Positions 1 to 10,300 are shown, counted from the stretch's first letter. The stretch is 64,000 nt of DNA from Escherichia coli (GCF_013122565.1 NZ_CP053258.1), one strand, 5' to 3'. Notes: a model not told the origin generated them from the sequence alone. Translations and numbers: made by a program.

Positions 1-1202
1 CACATGGGCAAACCATCATACTCGGGATCCAGTCATACAATACCAGCGTGTTGGGTGGGATTGTGGCAGGGTTATTAGTCGCCAGCATGTATAAAAAGAT
101 CGTTAACTTACGTATTCCTGAATCATTAGGGTTTTATAGTGGCCCACGCCTGGTGCCTATCATTACACTGATTGTGATGAGTGGATTTGGTCTGATCATT
201 CCTTTTATCTGGCCGCCATTTTTCAATCTTTTCATGCTCATTGGTCACTGGATTTCAACTTCCGGTCCTGTTGGTTATTTCTTCTATGCTGTTGCCGAAC
301 GCGTGACGATACCTTTTGGCTTAAATCACTTGGTGACATCAGTTTTCCGCTTTACCCCAATCGGCGGATCGGCAGTGATTGGCGGTGAAGAGTATTACGG
401 CACCCTGAACATGTTTATGGCATACGTCAAAGAGAATGCGGTCATTCCGCTGGATTTGGCGGGGAAAATGGAGCAGGGCAAACTGATGATTCAGTATGGT
501 CTGGCTGGAGCCGCGCTGGCGATGTATCGCACTGCTCATGCTCAAAACAGAAGGGCTATCAAAGCATTGCTGATTTCCGGTGTGCTCACGGTAATTATTG
601 GCGGCGTCAGCGAGCCGATTGAATTTCTGTTCTTATTTGTCAGCCCGCTGTTGTTTGTCTTCCATGCCTTTATGAATGGATTGGCTAACATGGTTCTGCC
701 ATATATGGGCGTGAAGATGGGCTTTACTGGCGATCTGATTCAATTTATTAGCTTTGGTGTCTTACGTGGCACAAGAACGGGATGGCCATTAGCGGTATGT
801 GTTGAAGTGGCTTATTTCTTCATTTATTACTTTGTGTTCCGTTGGACCATTCTCAAATTTAACCTGATGACTGTAGGCCGTGAAGAGTCCAGTCCTGTCA
901 CGCTGAACGCTCACGAAGAAACTGCAATAGCTAACATCCCAGTTCATGATAAATCAGAGTTGCAGGCAGCGGAGCAAATGGTTAAGGCTCTGGGTGGTAA
1001 AGAAAATATTAAATCACTGGATAATTGTGTAACTCGTTTGCGTTTAACTATCGCGGATATGGGATTGATAGATGAGGCTGCAATAAAAAGGGCCGGAGGA
1101 ATTGCGGTTGTGAAACTTGATCAAAATACCTTACAAGTCATTATCGGTACAAAAGTCATCGCACTACGTCGGGATATGGATAACTACATGGGGATATGTT
1201 GA
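1..1202 (+). CDS. PTS glucose/maltose-family EIICB component (MalX/PtsG-like), N-terminally truncated by window edge
   Basis: Frame is open from position 3 with no stop before ORF 48..1202. EIIC-like motif GVSEPIEF and a C-terminal EIIB segment with the Cys motif NCVTRLR. Directly followed by a MalY-like gene, as in malXY. Confidence 0.85.
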   Translation, partial: HGQTIILGIQSYNTSVLGGIVAGLLVASMYKKIVNLRIPESLGFYSGPRLVPIITLIVMSGFGLIIPFIWPPFFNLFMLIGHWISTSGPVGYFFYAVAERVTIPFGLNHLVTSVFRFTPIGGSAVIGGEEYYGTLNMFMAYVKENAVIPLDLAGKMEQGKLMIQYGLAGAALAMYRTAHAQNRRAIKALLISGVLTVIIGGVSEPIEFLFLFVSPLLFVFHAFMNGLANMVLPYMGVKMGFTGDLIQFISFGVLRGTRTGWPLAVCVEVAYFFIYYFVFRWTILKFNLMTVGREESSPVTLNAHEETAIANIPVHDKSELQAAEQMVKALGGKENIKSLDNCVTRLRLTIADMGLIDEAAIKRAGGIAVVKLDQNTLQVIIGTKVIALRRDMDNYMGIC

Positions 1203-2410
1203 TGGATATTTTTAATACCTCAATTTCTCGTAAAGGAACATATTGCACACAATGGGACTTTTGTGAAGACAGATTTGGTGTAAAAGATGTATTACCATTC
1301 TCTATTTCAGATATGGATCTTCCGATACCGGAAGCTATCATCAGAACATTAAAAAAACGTCTGGAACACCCGATTTTAGGGTACAGTCGTTGGCAGCATG
1401 ATGACTATCTGAATTCGATAGTCAATTGGTATCATCAACAATATAAAACAGAGATTCAACCAGAATGGATCACCTATAGCCCAAGCGTGATGTATTCAAT
1501 ATCTAAGGCAATAGAAATATTGACATTGAATGGAGATAATATTCTCATTTTCACGCCTGTTTATAACGCATTTTATGATGTGATTAAGCATAATGGTCGA
1601 AACATGCTAACAACCTCTTTGATGAAAGAAAATGGGAGAGGCTACGTTATCAACTGGCAAGACTTTGAGCTTAAAATTAAAAGCGCGAAGATGGTGTTAT
1701 TATGTAATCCTCATAACCCGACAGGAACGGTCTGGTCGGAAGACGATCTTCACAGAATCGCAGCATGCTGTGCAAGGCATAATATTTGGTTATGTTCAGA
1801 TGAAATACATAGTGATTTTGTTTTTAATCATAGTTTCACGTCAGCGCTAACAATAAAAGATGACAAAGTGGTGGTGTTTAATTCGATTTCGAAAACATTT
1901 AATGTTCCTGCGCTAACCGGATCATATATGATTTCAACTGACGATAATTTTAATCATAAGTTCAGAACGATATCGAGGTATCGCGATTTTGTAAACTCCC
2001 CATCAGTACTGAATGTAATTGCGACCATTGTTGCCTATAATGAATGTGAAGAATGGTTAAAGTCATTAAAGGTACATATTGCCTCTAACATTCAATTTAC
2101 CTTGCAGTATTTAAATGAAAATATTCCGGAATTGATCGTATGGCCAGCTGAGGGCTGCTATTTTTCGTGGGTTGATTGCTCGGCCCTTGGTTATCCCTTT
2201 GATAAATTTTACCGTCGATTAATTAACGAAGGGAGAGTAGGTATTATGGCGGGGCATGTTTATGGTACTGAAGGAGAGGGCTATCTGCGTCTTAATCTGG
2301 CCTGCAGTCGAGAAAAATTATATATGGGGCTTGCGCGCCTTGCGAGTGTAATTAAAAATATTAATCAGGAAAAAGAAAATGAACAATACGGATCTTATCC
2401 ATCTTATTAA
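1196..2410 (+). CDS. PLP-dependent C-S lyase / aminotransferase, MalY/PatB family
   Basis: 404 aa. Collinear with K-12 MalY from memory: CTQWD, LPFSISDMD, LLCNPHNPTG, SDEIH, FNVPALTG. Start overlaps the PTS stop. Confidence 0.85.
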   Translation: MLMDIFNTSISRKGTYCTQWDFCEDRFGVKDVLPFSISDMDLPIPEAIIRTLKKRLEHPILGYSRWQHDDYLNSIVNWYHQQYKTEIQPEWITYSPSVMYSISKAIEILTLNGDNILIFTPVYNAFYDVIKHNGRNMLTTSLMKENGRGYVINWQDFELKIKSAKMVLLCNPHNPTGTVWSEDDLHRIAACCARHNIWLCSDEIHSDFVFNHSFTSALTIKDDKVVVFNSISKTFNVPALTGSYMISTDDNFNHKFRTISRYRDFVNSPSVLNVIATIVAYNECEEWLKSLKVHIASNIQFTLQYLNENIPELIVWPAEGCYFSWVDCSALGYPFDKFYRRLINEGRVGIMAGHVYGTEGEGYLRLNLACSREKLYMGLARLASVIKNINQEKENEQYGSYPSY

Positions 2411-2975
2411 ACATTTTATGCGTAACGAACATAAAGCAGTAGAAGAGGTTATTGATTCCCCCCTTTCGGAAGTCGCGAATTTAATTAAAATATTACAATC
2501 TTGCCAGGGAAAAGTTGTTTTTATTGGTGTTGGGAAATCTGGCATTATTGCCAGAAAACTTGCTGCAACATTTGCCAGCACCGGAACTCCCTCGTTTTTT
2601 GTTCACGGTACGGAAGCGGTACACGGCGACCTTGGGATGGTGGCGAAAGACGATGTTGTTATTCTTATTTCAAACAGTGGTGAGACGGCGGAAATCCTGG
2701 CGACACTGCCTAGTTTGAAAAAAATGGGTAATTATTTGATCTCTTTTACCCGCAGTCATCACTCATCGCTTGCGATAAGTTGTGATTTATCTGTTGAAAT
2801 CCCCGTCAAAAGTGAGGCGGATAATTTAGGTTTAGCACCGTCATGCTCGTCTACTGTTGTTCTGGTTGTTGGTGATGCGGTGGCGCTTGCACTCTCTGAA
2901 TTGAAAAAATTTACTCGTGCTGATTTCGGCTTATATCATCCAGGAGGTGCACTCGGCATTAAAGCAAATTCATAA
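2379..2975 (+). CDS. Single-SIS-domain sugar-phosphate isomerase (arabinose-5-phosphate isomerase-like, no CBS domains)
   Basis: 198 aa. Matches the KdsD/GutQ N-terminal SIS domain: GVGKSG, ATFASTGTPSFFVH, HGDLGMV, ISNSGET, HPGGALG. Lacks the C-terminal CBS pair. Confidence 0.8.
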   Translation: MNNTDLIHLIKHFMRNEHKAVEEVIDSPLSEVANLIKILQSCQGKVVFIGVGKSGIIARKLAATFASTGTPSFFVHGTEAVHGDLGMVAKDDVVILISNSGETAEILATLPSLKKMGNYLISFTRSHHSSLAISCDLSVEIPVKSEADNLGLAPSCSSTVVLVVGDAVALALSELKKFTRADFGLYHPGGALGIKANS

Positions 2976-3037
2976 TTTCAAAGTATAAATACAGTAACCG
3001 GTCACGCCATCTTTTGGGGTGGCGTTCATTGAAGTGA

Positions 3038-3994
3038 GTGTCAGCTATGAAAAATGTTCTGGTCACCGTCCCCAGCTTTTCAGCACGCTGTGTTTCCGCC
3101 AGCAAGTTGCTAAGAGAGAATAATTTTAACCTTATTATTAAGAATAATGTGGAGCATCTGCTTAAATCAGAATCCACTGCATTACGAGAATCTATTTGCG
3201 CGGTCATCGCCGGAAAAGATTGTTACCAGGCGGACACGCTATCATTGCTGCCTGGTGTGAGAATAATATCGAGATTCGGGACGGGGATAGATAATATTGA
3301 TCTTCGTGCAGCACAACAATCCGGTATTGTAGTCAATAATGCGGTTGGGATTAATTCAAATGCTGTCGCGGAATTTATCATTGGACTTATCTTCGCGAGC
3401 ATGAGAAATATTCCTGGCAGCTATCATGCGATGCAAAATGGCTACTGGGGTGAGTCGCATGGCTATGAATTACAAGGCAAACGGATTGGCCTGGTTGGCT
3501 ACGGCAATATAGGTAAAACCCTGGCAAAAAGGTTATCCGGTTTTGATGTTGAGCTTTTAGCTTATGACAAACAACCCGATTATCAGGTTGCTGACAAAGT
3601 TGGAGTTCAGTTTGTATCAATTGAAGATATCTTTATGCAGTCGCATGTCATCATTGTTCTTTTGCCTTTTTCTCCTGAGCTGGAGAACTTCATTAGTCAT
3701 AAATATTTGTCGATGATGCGCAATGGTGCTCTAATCATCAATGCCGCAAGGGGAAAGTTGCTGGATGAGGGCGCTTTACTACAGGTGATTGAAGAACGAA
3801 ATGTGTTTGCGGCGCTGGATGTGTTTAGCTCTGAACCGTTGGCGCAATTTAGCCCACTGCTACATGCCAAAAATATCATTACAACGCCGCATATTGCGGC
3901 CGCCACCGTTGAGTCATACCAGCAAACCGGTACACACGTTGCCCAGTCGATAATTGATTACTTCGCAGGAAGGGAGATAAAAAACGTGTTGTGA
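3038..3994 (+). CDS. D-isomer-specific 2-hydroxyacid dehydrogenase, NAD-binding
   Basis: 318 aa. Rossmann GxGxxG (GLVGYGNIGKTLAKRL) and the TPHIAAAT catalytic-region motif. Track start is GTG at 3038; an ATG at 3047 is an alternative. Confidence 0.8.
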   Translation: MSAMKNVLVTVPSFSARCVSASKLLRENNFNLIIKNNVEHLLKSESTALRESICAVIAGKDCYQADTLSLLPGVRIISRFGTGIDNIDLRAAQQSGIVVNNAVGINSNAVAEFIIGLIFASMRNIPGSYHAMQNGYWGESHGYELQGKRIGLVGYGNIGKTLAKRLSGFDVELLAYDKQPDYQVADKVGVQFVSIEDIFMQSHVIIVLLPFSPELENFISHKYLSMMRNGALIINAARGKLLDEGALLQVIEERNVFAALDVFSSEPLAQFSPLLHAKNIITTPHIAAATVESYQQTGTHVAQSIIDYFAGREIKNVL

Positions 3995-4020
3995 GTTCAG
4001 CGAACGAAGTTTTTAAATAC

Positions 4021-4055
4021 AAAAAAACCGCAATTTGTGGAACACATTGCGGTTT
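4021..4055 (-). terminator. Rho-independent terminator downstream of tRNA-fMet
   Basis: Inverted repeat aaaccgcaat / attgcggttt; on the minus strand it is followed by a 7-T run. Lies just past the tRNA 3' end. Confidence 0.6.
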
Positions 4056-4072
4056 ATCAGCATTCTAAGTAT

Positions 4073-4149
<77 letters not shown>

Positions 4150-4357
4150 TCCGTGGATGCGCACTATACTCCGCTCGCGTTTTCATGCAACCTTTTTTTT
4201 ACCCCGATCACGGTTCTGGCATGATTTTGAACAAAAACAAATCACTAAAGCCTATTTTTTGTGCAAAATTTGCGTCAGGGAGAGGCTGCTCATTTCATTA
4301 AACGCGGCGGTTTGTTATCTTCGTTGCGCCTTATTTTTTAACCTGAAGAAGAGAACA

Positions 4358-5455
4358 ATGAAAGGACGTTGGGTAAAGTACCTTCTTATGGGCACGGTTG
4401 TGGCAATGCTTGCCGCCTGCTCTTCCAAACCAACCGATCGCGGACAGCAATATAAAGACGGGAAATTTACCCAGCCTTTCTCTCTGGTGAACCAGCCAGA
4501 TGCCGTTGGCGCGCCGATTAACGCCGGTGATTTTGCTGAGCAAATTAACCATATCCGTAATTCGTCACCGCGTCTGTATGGCAACCAGAGTAATGTTTAT
4601 AACGCGGTGCAAGAGTGGCTGCGCGCAGGCGGTGATACCCGCAATATGCGCCAGTTCGGCATTGATGCCTGGCAGATGGAAGGTGCCGACAACTATGGTA
4701 ACGTGCAGTTTACAGGCTATTACACGCCGGTAATTCAGGCGCGCCATACCCGCCAGGGCGAGTTCCAGTATCCGATTTACCGTATGCCGCCAAAACGTGG
4801 TCGTCTGCCGTCTCGTGCGGAGATCTACGCGGGGGCATTGAGCGATAAATACATCCTCGCTTACAGCAACTCTCTGATGGATAATTTCATTATGGATGTG
4901 CAGGGTAGTGGGTATATCGACTTTGGTGATGGCAGCCCCCTTAACTTTTTCAGCTATGCAGGGAAAAACGGTCATGCCTATCGCAGCATTGGTAAGGTGC
5001 TGATCGACCGTGGCGAAGTGAAAAAAGAAGATATGTCGATGCAAGCGATTCGTCACTGGGGCGAAACACACAGTGAAGCCGAGGTTCGCGAGCTGCTGGA
5101 ACAGAACCCGTCTTTTGTCTTCTTTAAACCGCAATCTTTTGCACCGGTGAAAGGGGCAAGTGCGGTGCCGCTGGTTGGTCGTGCTTCTGTTGCCTCTGAT
5201 CGTTCCATTATTCCGCCAGGTACTACCTTGCTGGCAGAAGTGCCGTTACTGGATAATAACGGCAAATTTAATGGTCAGTACGAACTGCGTCTGATGGTGG
5301 CGCTGGATGTCGGTGGCGCAATCAAAGGCCAACACTTCGATATCTATCAAGGGATCGGGCCGGAAGCCGGACACCGTGCAGGTTGGTACAACCACTATGG
5401 ACGGGTTTGGGTACTGAAAACGGCTCCGGGCGCAGGTAACGTCTTTAGCGGCTGA
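4358..5455 (+). CDS. mltA: Membrane-bound lytic murein transglycosylase A
   Basis: Internal ATG of ORF 4037..5455 with SD aagaagaga. Lipoprotein signal MKGRWVKYLLMGTVVAMLAACSS. 365 aa as in K-12. The longer track ORF overlaps the tRNA and is rejected. Confidence 0.93.
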   Translation: MKGRWVKYLLMGTVVAMLAACSSKPTDRGQQYKDGKFTQPFSLVNQPDAVGAPINAGDFAEQINHIRNSSPRLYGNQSNVYNAVQEWLRAGGDTRNMRQFGIDAWQMEGADNYGNVQFTGYYTPVIQARHTRQGEFQYPIYRMPPKRGRLPSRAEIYAGALSDKYILAYSNSLMDNFIMDVQGSGYIDFGDGSPLNFFSYAGKNGHAYRSIGKVLIDRGEVKKEDMSMQAIRHWGETHSEAEVRELLEQNPSFVFFKPQSFAPVKGASAVPLVGRASVASDRSIIPPGTTLLAEVPLLDNNGKFNGQYELRLMVALDVGGAIKGQHFDIYQGIGPEAGHRAGWYNHYGRVWVLKTAPGAGNVFSG

Positions 5456-5542
5456 TGTGATATTCTGTATGCCGTTTTGACGGATATGACAGGGTGAGGG
5501 GTAACCTTACATCCTGATTATTGACTAAGTGCGTGTTGTTCA

Positions 5543-5641
5543 TGCCGGATGCGGCGTGAACGCCTTATCCGGCCTACAAATCATGCAAATCCAAAATATT
5601 GCAGGAGTTATGTAGGCCTGATAAGCGTAGCGCATCAGGCA
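5543..5641. repeat. REP/BIME palindromic elements (two REP units)
   Basis: gccggatgcggcgtgaacgccttatccggcctaca and tgtaggcctgataagcgtagcgcatcaggca, typical enterobacterial REP consensus. Confidence 0.8.
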
Positions 5642-5652
5642 ATTATGCGTTT

Positions 5653-5680
5653 AGGGTGAGGGATAACCTCACCCTTTTTA
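5653..5680 (+). terminator. Terminator-like hairpin plus T-run
   Basis: agggtgagg-gataa-cctcaccct followed by ttttt, ending 14 nt before the tcdA start. Confidence 0.5.
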
Positions 5681-5693
5681 ATTCAGAGGTGCT

Positions 5694-6500
5694 ATGTCTG
5701 TTGTAATTAGTGATGCCTGGCGTCAGCGTTTTGGCGGCACTGCGCGTCTGTATGGTGAAAAAGCGTTGCAACTGTTTGCTGACGCGCATATTTGTGTGGT
5801 CGGTATTGGCGGTGTCGGTTCCTGGGCGGCGGAAGCGCTGGCGCGCACGGGGATTGGCGCAATCACGCTTATCGATATGGATGATGTGTGCGTCACCAAT
5901 ACCAATCGGCAAATTCATGCCCTGCGCGATAACGTTGGGCTGGCAAAAGCGGAAGTTATGGCGGAGCGTATTCGCCAGATTAACCCGGAGTGCCGTGTAA
6001 CGGTGGTGGATGATTTCGTGACGCCGGATAACGTAGCGCAGTATATGAGCGTGGGTTATTCGTACGTGATTGATGCCATTGATAGTGTACGGCCCAAAGC
6101 GGCGCTGATTGCTTATTGTCGGCGCAATAAAATCCCACTGGTCACAACCGGTGGCGCGGGTGGGCAGATTGATCCGACGCAGATTCAGGTTACCGATCTG
6201 GCGAAAACGATTCAGGACCCGCTGGCGGCGAAGTTGCGTGAGCGCCTGAAAAGCGATTTTGGCATAGTGAAAAACAGTAAAGGTAAGCTCGGCGTGGATT
6301 GCGTGTTCTCTACCGAAGCATTGGTGTACCCGCAGTCAGACGGTACGGTGTGTGCTATGAAAGCCACGGCAGAAGGGCCGAAGCGGATGGATTGTGCATC
6401 TGGATTTGGCGCGGCGACGATGGTGACCGCCACCTTTGGTTTTGTTGCGGTTTCTCATGCGCTGAAGAAGATGATGGCGAAAGCGGCGCGTCAGGGGTAA
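5694..6500 (+). CDS. tcdA: tRNA threonylcarbamoyladenosine dehydratase (E1-like, CsdL)
   Basis: 268 aa. ThiF/MoeB-type fold with GIGGVGSW nucleotide-binding motif. Synteny with csdA/csdE. Confidence 0.93.
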   Translation: MSVVISDAWRQRFGGTARLYGEKALQLFADAHICVVGIGGVGSWAAEALARTGIGAITLIDMDDVCVTNTNRQIHALRDNVGLAKAEVMAERIRQINPECRVTVVDDFVTPDNVAQYMSVGYSYVIDAIDSVRPKAALIAYCRRNKIPLVTTGGAGGQIDPTQIQVTDLAKTIQDPLAAKLRERLKSDFGIVKNSKGKLGVDCVFSTEALVYPQSDGTVCAMKATAEGPKRMDCASGFGAATMVTATFGFVAVSHALKKMMAKAARQG

Positions 6501-6506
6501 ACAATC

Positions 6507-6542
6507 AGGTCGGATGCGACGCGAACGTCTTATCCGACCTGG
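6507..6542. repeat. REP-like palindrome between convergent tcdA and csdE
   Basis: aggtcggatgcgacgcgaacgtcttatccgacctgg; probable bidirectional terminator or REP. Confidence 0.6.
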
Positions 6543-6550
6543 TTCTGTGC

Positions 6551-6994
6551 TTAAACCTGCTTCGCCGCAGCGATAATCGCCTCGCTTAACGCATTCAACC
6601 CCTGGCTGCGTGAGGCGCTAAGGTGCGCACGCAATCCCAGCTCATCAAACAATGCCAGCGGCGACTGTGCCTGCAATTCGGCGGCGGTTTTCCCCTCAAC
6701 GGCAGTCAACAACACCGCCAGCAGGCCGCGCACAATGCGCCCTTCACTGTCGCCAAAGAAGTGCATTTTACCGTTTTCAGCCACGGTATATCCGAGCCAG
6801 ACGCGGTTTTCGCATCCGGCAATCTCTTTAGCCTGCGCTTTTAACTCGTCTGGCAAAGCCGGAAGCTGTTTCCCCAGCATGATCAACTGGCGATATTTAT
6901 CTTCCCATTGCGTCAACGGTGCGAAGGTATTGCGTAACGTTTCTGCGGTTACGGTTGTGCCGAACGGATGTCCGGCGAATTGCGGGTTCGTCAT
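6551..6994 (-). CDS. csdE: Sulfur acceptor protein CsdE (SufE-like)
   Basis: 147 aa, matches K-12 CsdE length and N-terminus [12 protein letters not shown]. Confidence 0.93.
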   Translation of the reverse strand: MTNPQFAGHPFGTTVTAETLRNTFAPLTQWEDKYRQLIMLGKQLPALPDELKAQAKEIAGCENRVWLGYTVAENGKMHFFGDSEGRIVRGLLAVLLTAVEGKTAAELQAQSPLALFDELGLRAHLSASRSQGLNALSEAIIAAAKQV

Positions 6995-8199
6995 TAATCC
7001 ACCAATAATTCCAGCGCGCGGTCAACGGCATTCACCAGCGCATCCACATCACTCTTTGTATTATATGGCGCAAAAGAGGCGCGCAGAGTGCCGGTTACGC
7101 CTAATTCTGCCAGTAGCGGCTGAGCGCAATGCTGCCCGGCCCGCAGGGCAATACCGTACTCCGCCAGCAGCGTCACCATATCGCTGTGATGAACACCCGC
7201 GAAATCAAAGGCCAGCAGGCTGGAATCCTGGCAGCGGAATGAGCGGAAGCCAGGACGTTTTGCCAGCGCATCTTCCGCCAGCGTTGCTAAGCTACGGCTC
7301 CAGCTTTCGGCCTGGTTGATATCGTAATCTGCCAGCCATTCCAGCGCCGCGCTTAATCCTATGACACCAGCGACATTTGGCGTTCCGGCTTCCAGTTTCC
7401 ACGGCGCAGATTGAGTCGTGAAGCCGTCAAAACTCACTTCGTGAACCATTTTGCCACCGCCCAGCCAGGGCGACATCGCTTCCAGCAGTTCTGGTTTGCC
7501 ATACAGCACGCCGATACCTGTCGGGCCATACAGTTTGTGACCTGAAAAAGCATAGAAATCAATATCCAGTTGCTGAACATCCGCGGGGAAATGCACCGCC
7601 CCCTGAGCACCATCAACCATCACTACCATCCCGGCTGAATGAGCAAAGGTAATCGCTCGCGCCAGATCCGGGCAACCGCCAGTAACGTTCGACATCTGAC
7701 CCAACGCCAGAATCCGACTACGGGGAGTAATCAGTTCTGGCAACAAATCGACATCCGGCAGTCGCTGCGCATTAAGCGGCAATTTCACCACTTTGGCTCC
7801 AGTTTGTTGGGCGACCATCAGCCAGGGAACGAGGTTAGCGTGATGCTCTGCCACGCTGACAATAATCTCATCGCCCGGTTGCAGACGCGGACGCGCATAG
7901 CATTGTGCCACCATGTTGATGGATTCAGTGGTGCCGCGCGTCCAGACGATATTTTTGTCATACGATGCATTCAGTAATTGTGCCACTTTTTCCCGCGCAG
8001 CTTCATAACGCGCGGTCAGGCGTTGGGCTTCGGCAAACTGGCTGCGATGGACGTTTCCGGCGCTCAGGCTGTAAAACTGTCGGGTGGCTTCAACCACGGC
8101 TTCAGGTTTAAGCGCGGTCGCGGCGCTGTCGAGATAGACGCCCGCATCCTGTAGTGCGGGAAACTGGGCGCGAAACTGCGCGGGATTAAAAACGTTCAT
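6994..8199 (-). CDS. csdA: Cysteine sulfinate desulfinase / cysteine desulfurase CsdA
   Basis: Internal start [17 protein letters not shown] with SD gaggag. 401 aa, PLP class-V aminotransferase. The track ORF carries a 12-codon 5' extension. Confidence 0.93.
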   Translation of the reverse strand: MNVFNPAQFRAQFPALQDAGVYLDSAATALKPEAVVEATRQFYSLSAGNVHRSQFAEAQRLTARYEAAREKVAQLLNASYDKNIVWTRGTTESINMVAQCYARPRLQPGDEIIVSVAEHHANLVPWLMVAQQTGAKVVKLPLNAQRLPDVDLLPELITPRSRILALGQMSNVTGGCPDLARAITFAHSAGMVVMVDGAQGAVHFPADVQQLDIDFYAFSGHKLYGPTGIGVLYGKPELLEAMSPWLGGGKMVHEVSFDGFTTQSAPWKLEAGTPNVAGVIGLSAALEWLADYDINQAESWSRSLATLAEDALAKRPGFRSFRCQDSSLLAFDFAGVHHSDMVTLLAEYGIALRAGQHCAQPLLAELGVTGTLRASFAPYNTKSDVDALVNAVDRALELLVD

Positions 8200-8390
8200 G
8201 GTACTCCTCGGCTTGATGCACCGATCGTGACGCAAAATTCACTTTGATACAAGGATAGTGCTAACCATCAGAATTATCTGGATATCCTGGCGAAGCCGCG
8301 TAAGTAACATATGCTGAATAGTGTTAGGCATTAATTTTAGCCTGTTAATCAATACTATTAAGATTTATTAATCGCTTTAAGGAGAAGATG

Positions 8391-8618
8391 ATGAAAAAGA
8401 CTGCCGCAATTATTTCTGCCTGTATGCTGACTTTTGCCCTGAGCGCCTGTTCCGGTTCAAACTATGTGATGCACACCAATGACGGACGTACCATCGTCTC
8501 TGACGGCAAACCACAGACTGATAACGATACCGGTATGATTTCGTATAAAGACGCTAATGGCAACAAACAGCAGATCAACCGTACTGACGTGAAAGAGATG
8601 GTCGAACTGGATCAGTAA
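8391..8618 (+). CDS. ygdI: Small lipoprotein YgdI (DUF903)
   Basis: 75 aa from the second ATG. Lipobox LSAC. SD ggag 6 nt upstream. Confidence 0.9.
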   Translation: MKKTAAIISACMLTFALSACSGSNYVMHTNDGRTIVSDGKPQTDNDTGMISYKDANGNKQQINRTDVKEMVELDQ

Positions 8619-8634
8619 TTCGCGATCGCAAGGT

Positions 8635-8840
8635 AAAAAAAAGCACCGCAATTAGGCGGTGCTACATTAATCACTATGGACAGACAGGGTAAATGTACAG
8701 GAAGTGAAAAAAGGTAGCTTTGCTACCATGGTCTGAATCGCAGACCAATTGCAAACACAACAACACAACATCACAACCGTAAGCCAAAAGTTCACCAGAA
8801 CACGCATTCCGATAAAACTTTTCGTTCCGGCTCAGGAAGT
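8635..8840 (-). ncRNA. gcvB: GcvB small regulatory RNA
   Basis: Reverse complement reads ACTTCCTGAGCCGGAACGAAAAGTTTTATCGGAATGCGTGTTCTGGTGAACTTTTGGCTTACGGTTGTGATGTTGTGTTGTTGTGTTTGC..., ending in the hairpin GCACCGCCTAATTGCGGTGC plus T8. Includes the GU-rich R1 region. Divergent from gcvA as in K-12. About 206 nt. Confidence 0.92.
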
Positions 8841-8968
8841 GCCGCCACTATAGGTATTTGCTGGTAGAAGCTCAACGGACAATTTATAATGGCTCAGATT
8901 AAAAAAACTAATAGGTTACACAGTGTGATCTAATTGTTAAATTCATTTAACATCAAAGTTTAAAAGCC

Positions 8969-9886
8969 ATGTCTAAACGATTACCACCGCTAAATGCCTT
9001 ACGAGTTTTTGATGCCGCAGCACGCCATTTAAGTTTCACTCGCGCAGCAGAAGAGCTTTTTGTGACCCAGGCCGCAGTAAGTCATCAAATCAAGTCTCTT
9101 GAGGATTTTCTGGGGCTAAAACTGTTCCGCCGCCGTAATCGTTCACTCCTGTTGACCGAGGAAGGTCAAAGCTATTTCCTCGATATCAAAGAGATATTTT
9201 CGCAATTAACCGAAGCGACGCGTAAACTCCAGGCCCGTAGCGCCAAGGGGGCGTTGACGGTCAGTTTACTCCCTAGTTTTGCCATTCATTGGTTGGTTCC
9301 GCGACTTTCCAGCTTTAATTCAGCTTATCCGGGAATTGACGTTCGAATCCAGGCGGTTGATCGTCAGGAAGATAAGCTGGCGGATGATGTTGATGTGGCG
9401 ATATTTTATGGTCGGGGCAACTGGCCGGGGCTACGGGTGGAAAAACTGTACGCCGAATATTTATTGCCGGTGTGTTCGCCTCTACTGCTGACTGGCGAAA
9501 AACCCTTGAAGACCCCGGAAGATCTGGCTAAACATACGCTATTACATGATGCGTCACGCCGTGACTGGCAGACATATACCCGACAATTGGGGTTAAATCA
9601 TATCAACGTTCAGCAAGGGCCAATTTTTAGCCATAGCGCCATGGTGCTGCAAGCGGCTATCCACGGGCAGGGAGTGGCGCTGGCAAATAACGTGATGGCG
9701 CAATCTGAAATTGAAGCCGGACGTCTTGTTTGCCCGTTTAATGATGTTCTGGTCAGTAAAAACGCTTTTTATCTGGTTTGTCATGACAGCCAGGCAGAAC
9801 TGGGTAAAATAGCCGCCTTTCGCCAATGGATCCTGGCGAAAGCCGCTGCTGAACAAGAAAAATTCCGCTTTCGTTATGAACAATAA
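8969..9886 (+). CDS. gcvA: LysR-family glycine cleavage system regulator GcvA
   Basis: 305 aa, LysR HTH N-terminus. Synteny with gcvB. Confidence 0.95.
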   Translation: MSKRLPPLNALRVFDAAARHLSFTRAAEELFVTQAAVSHQIKSLEDFLGLKLFRRRNRSLLLTEEGQSYFLDIKEIFSQLTEATRKLQARSAKGALTVSLLPSFAIHWLVPRLSSFNSAYPGIDVRIQAVDRQEDKLADDVDVAIFYGRGNWPGLRVEKLYAEYLLPVCSPLLLTGEKPLKTPEDLAKHTLLHDASRRDWQTYTRQLGLNHINVQQGPIFSHSAMVLQAAIHGQGVALANNVMAQSEIEAGRLVCPFNDVLVSKNAFYLVCHDSQAELGKIAAFRQWILAKAAAEQEKFRFRYEQ

Positions 9887-9904
9887 TTTACGTAGGGTAC
9901 GACC

Positions 9905-10300
9905 ATGACCAGCCGTTTTATGCTGATTTTCGCCGCCATTAGCGGCTTCATTTTTGTGGCTCTGGGCGCTTTTGGCGCGCATGTGTTAAGTAAAACCATG
10001 GGGGCCGTTGAGATGGGCTGGATCCAGACCGGCCTCGAATACCAGGCGTTTCATACGCTGGCGATCTTAGGTCTGGCGGTGGCAATGCAGCGTCGCATCA
10101 GTATCTGGTTTTACTGGAGTAGCGTTTTCCTCGCGTTAGGCACGGTGCTGTTCAGCGGCAGCCTTTATTGCCTGGCACTGTCCCATCTGCGTTTGTGGGC
10201 GTTTGTCACTCCGGTTGGCGGCGTGAGCTTCCTTGCGGGCTGGGCGTTAATGTTAGTTGGTGCTATCCGTTTAAAGCGCAAGGGCGTAAGTCATGAATAA
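9905..10300 (+). CDS. ygdD: DUF423 inner membrane protein YgdD
   Basis: 131 aa, hydrophobic. Synteny. Confidence 0.9.
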   Translation: MTSRFMLIFAAISGFIFVALGAFGAHVLSKTMGAVEMGWIQTGLEYQAFHTLAILGLAVAMQRRISIWFYWSSVFLALGTVLFSGSLYCLALSHLRLWAFVTPVGGVSFLAGWALMLVGAIRLKRKGVSHE

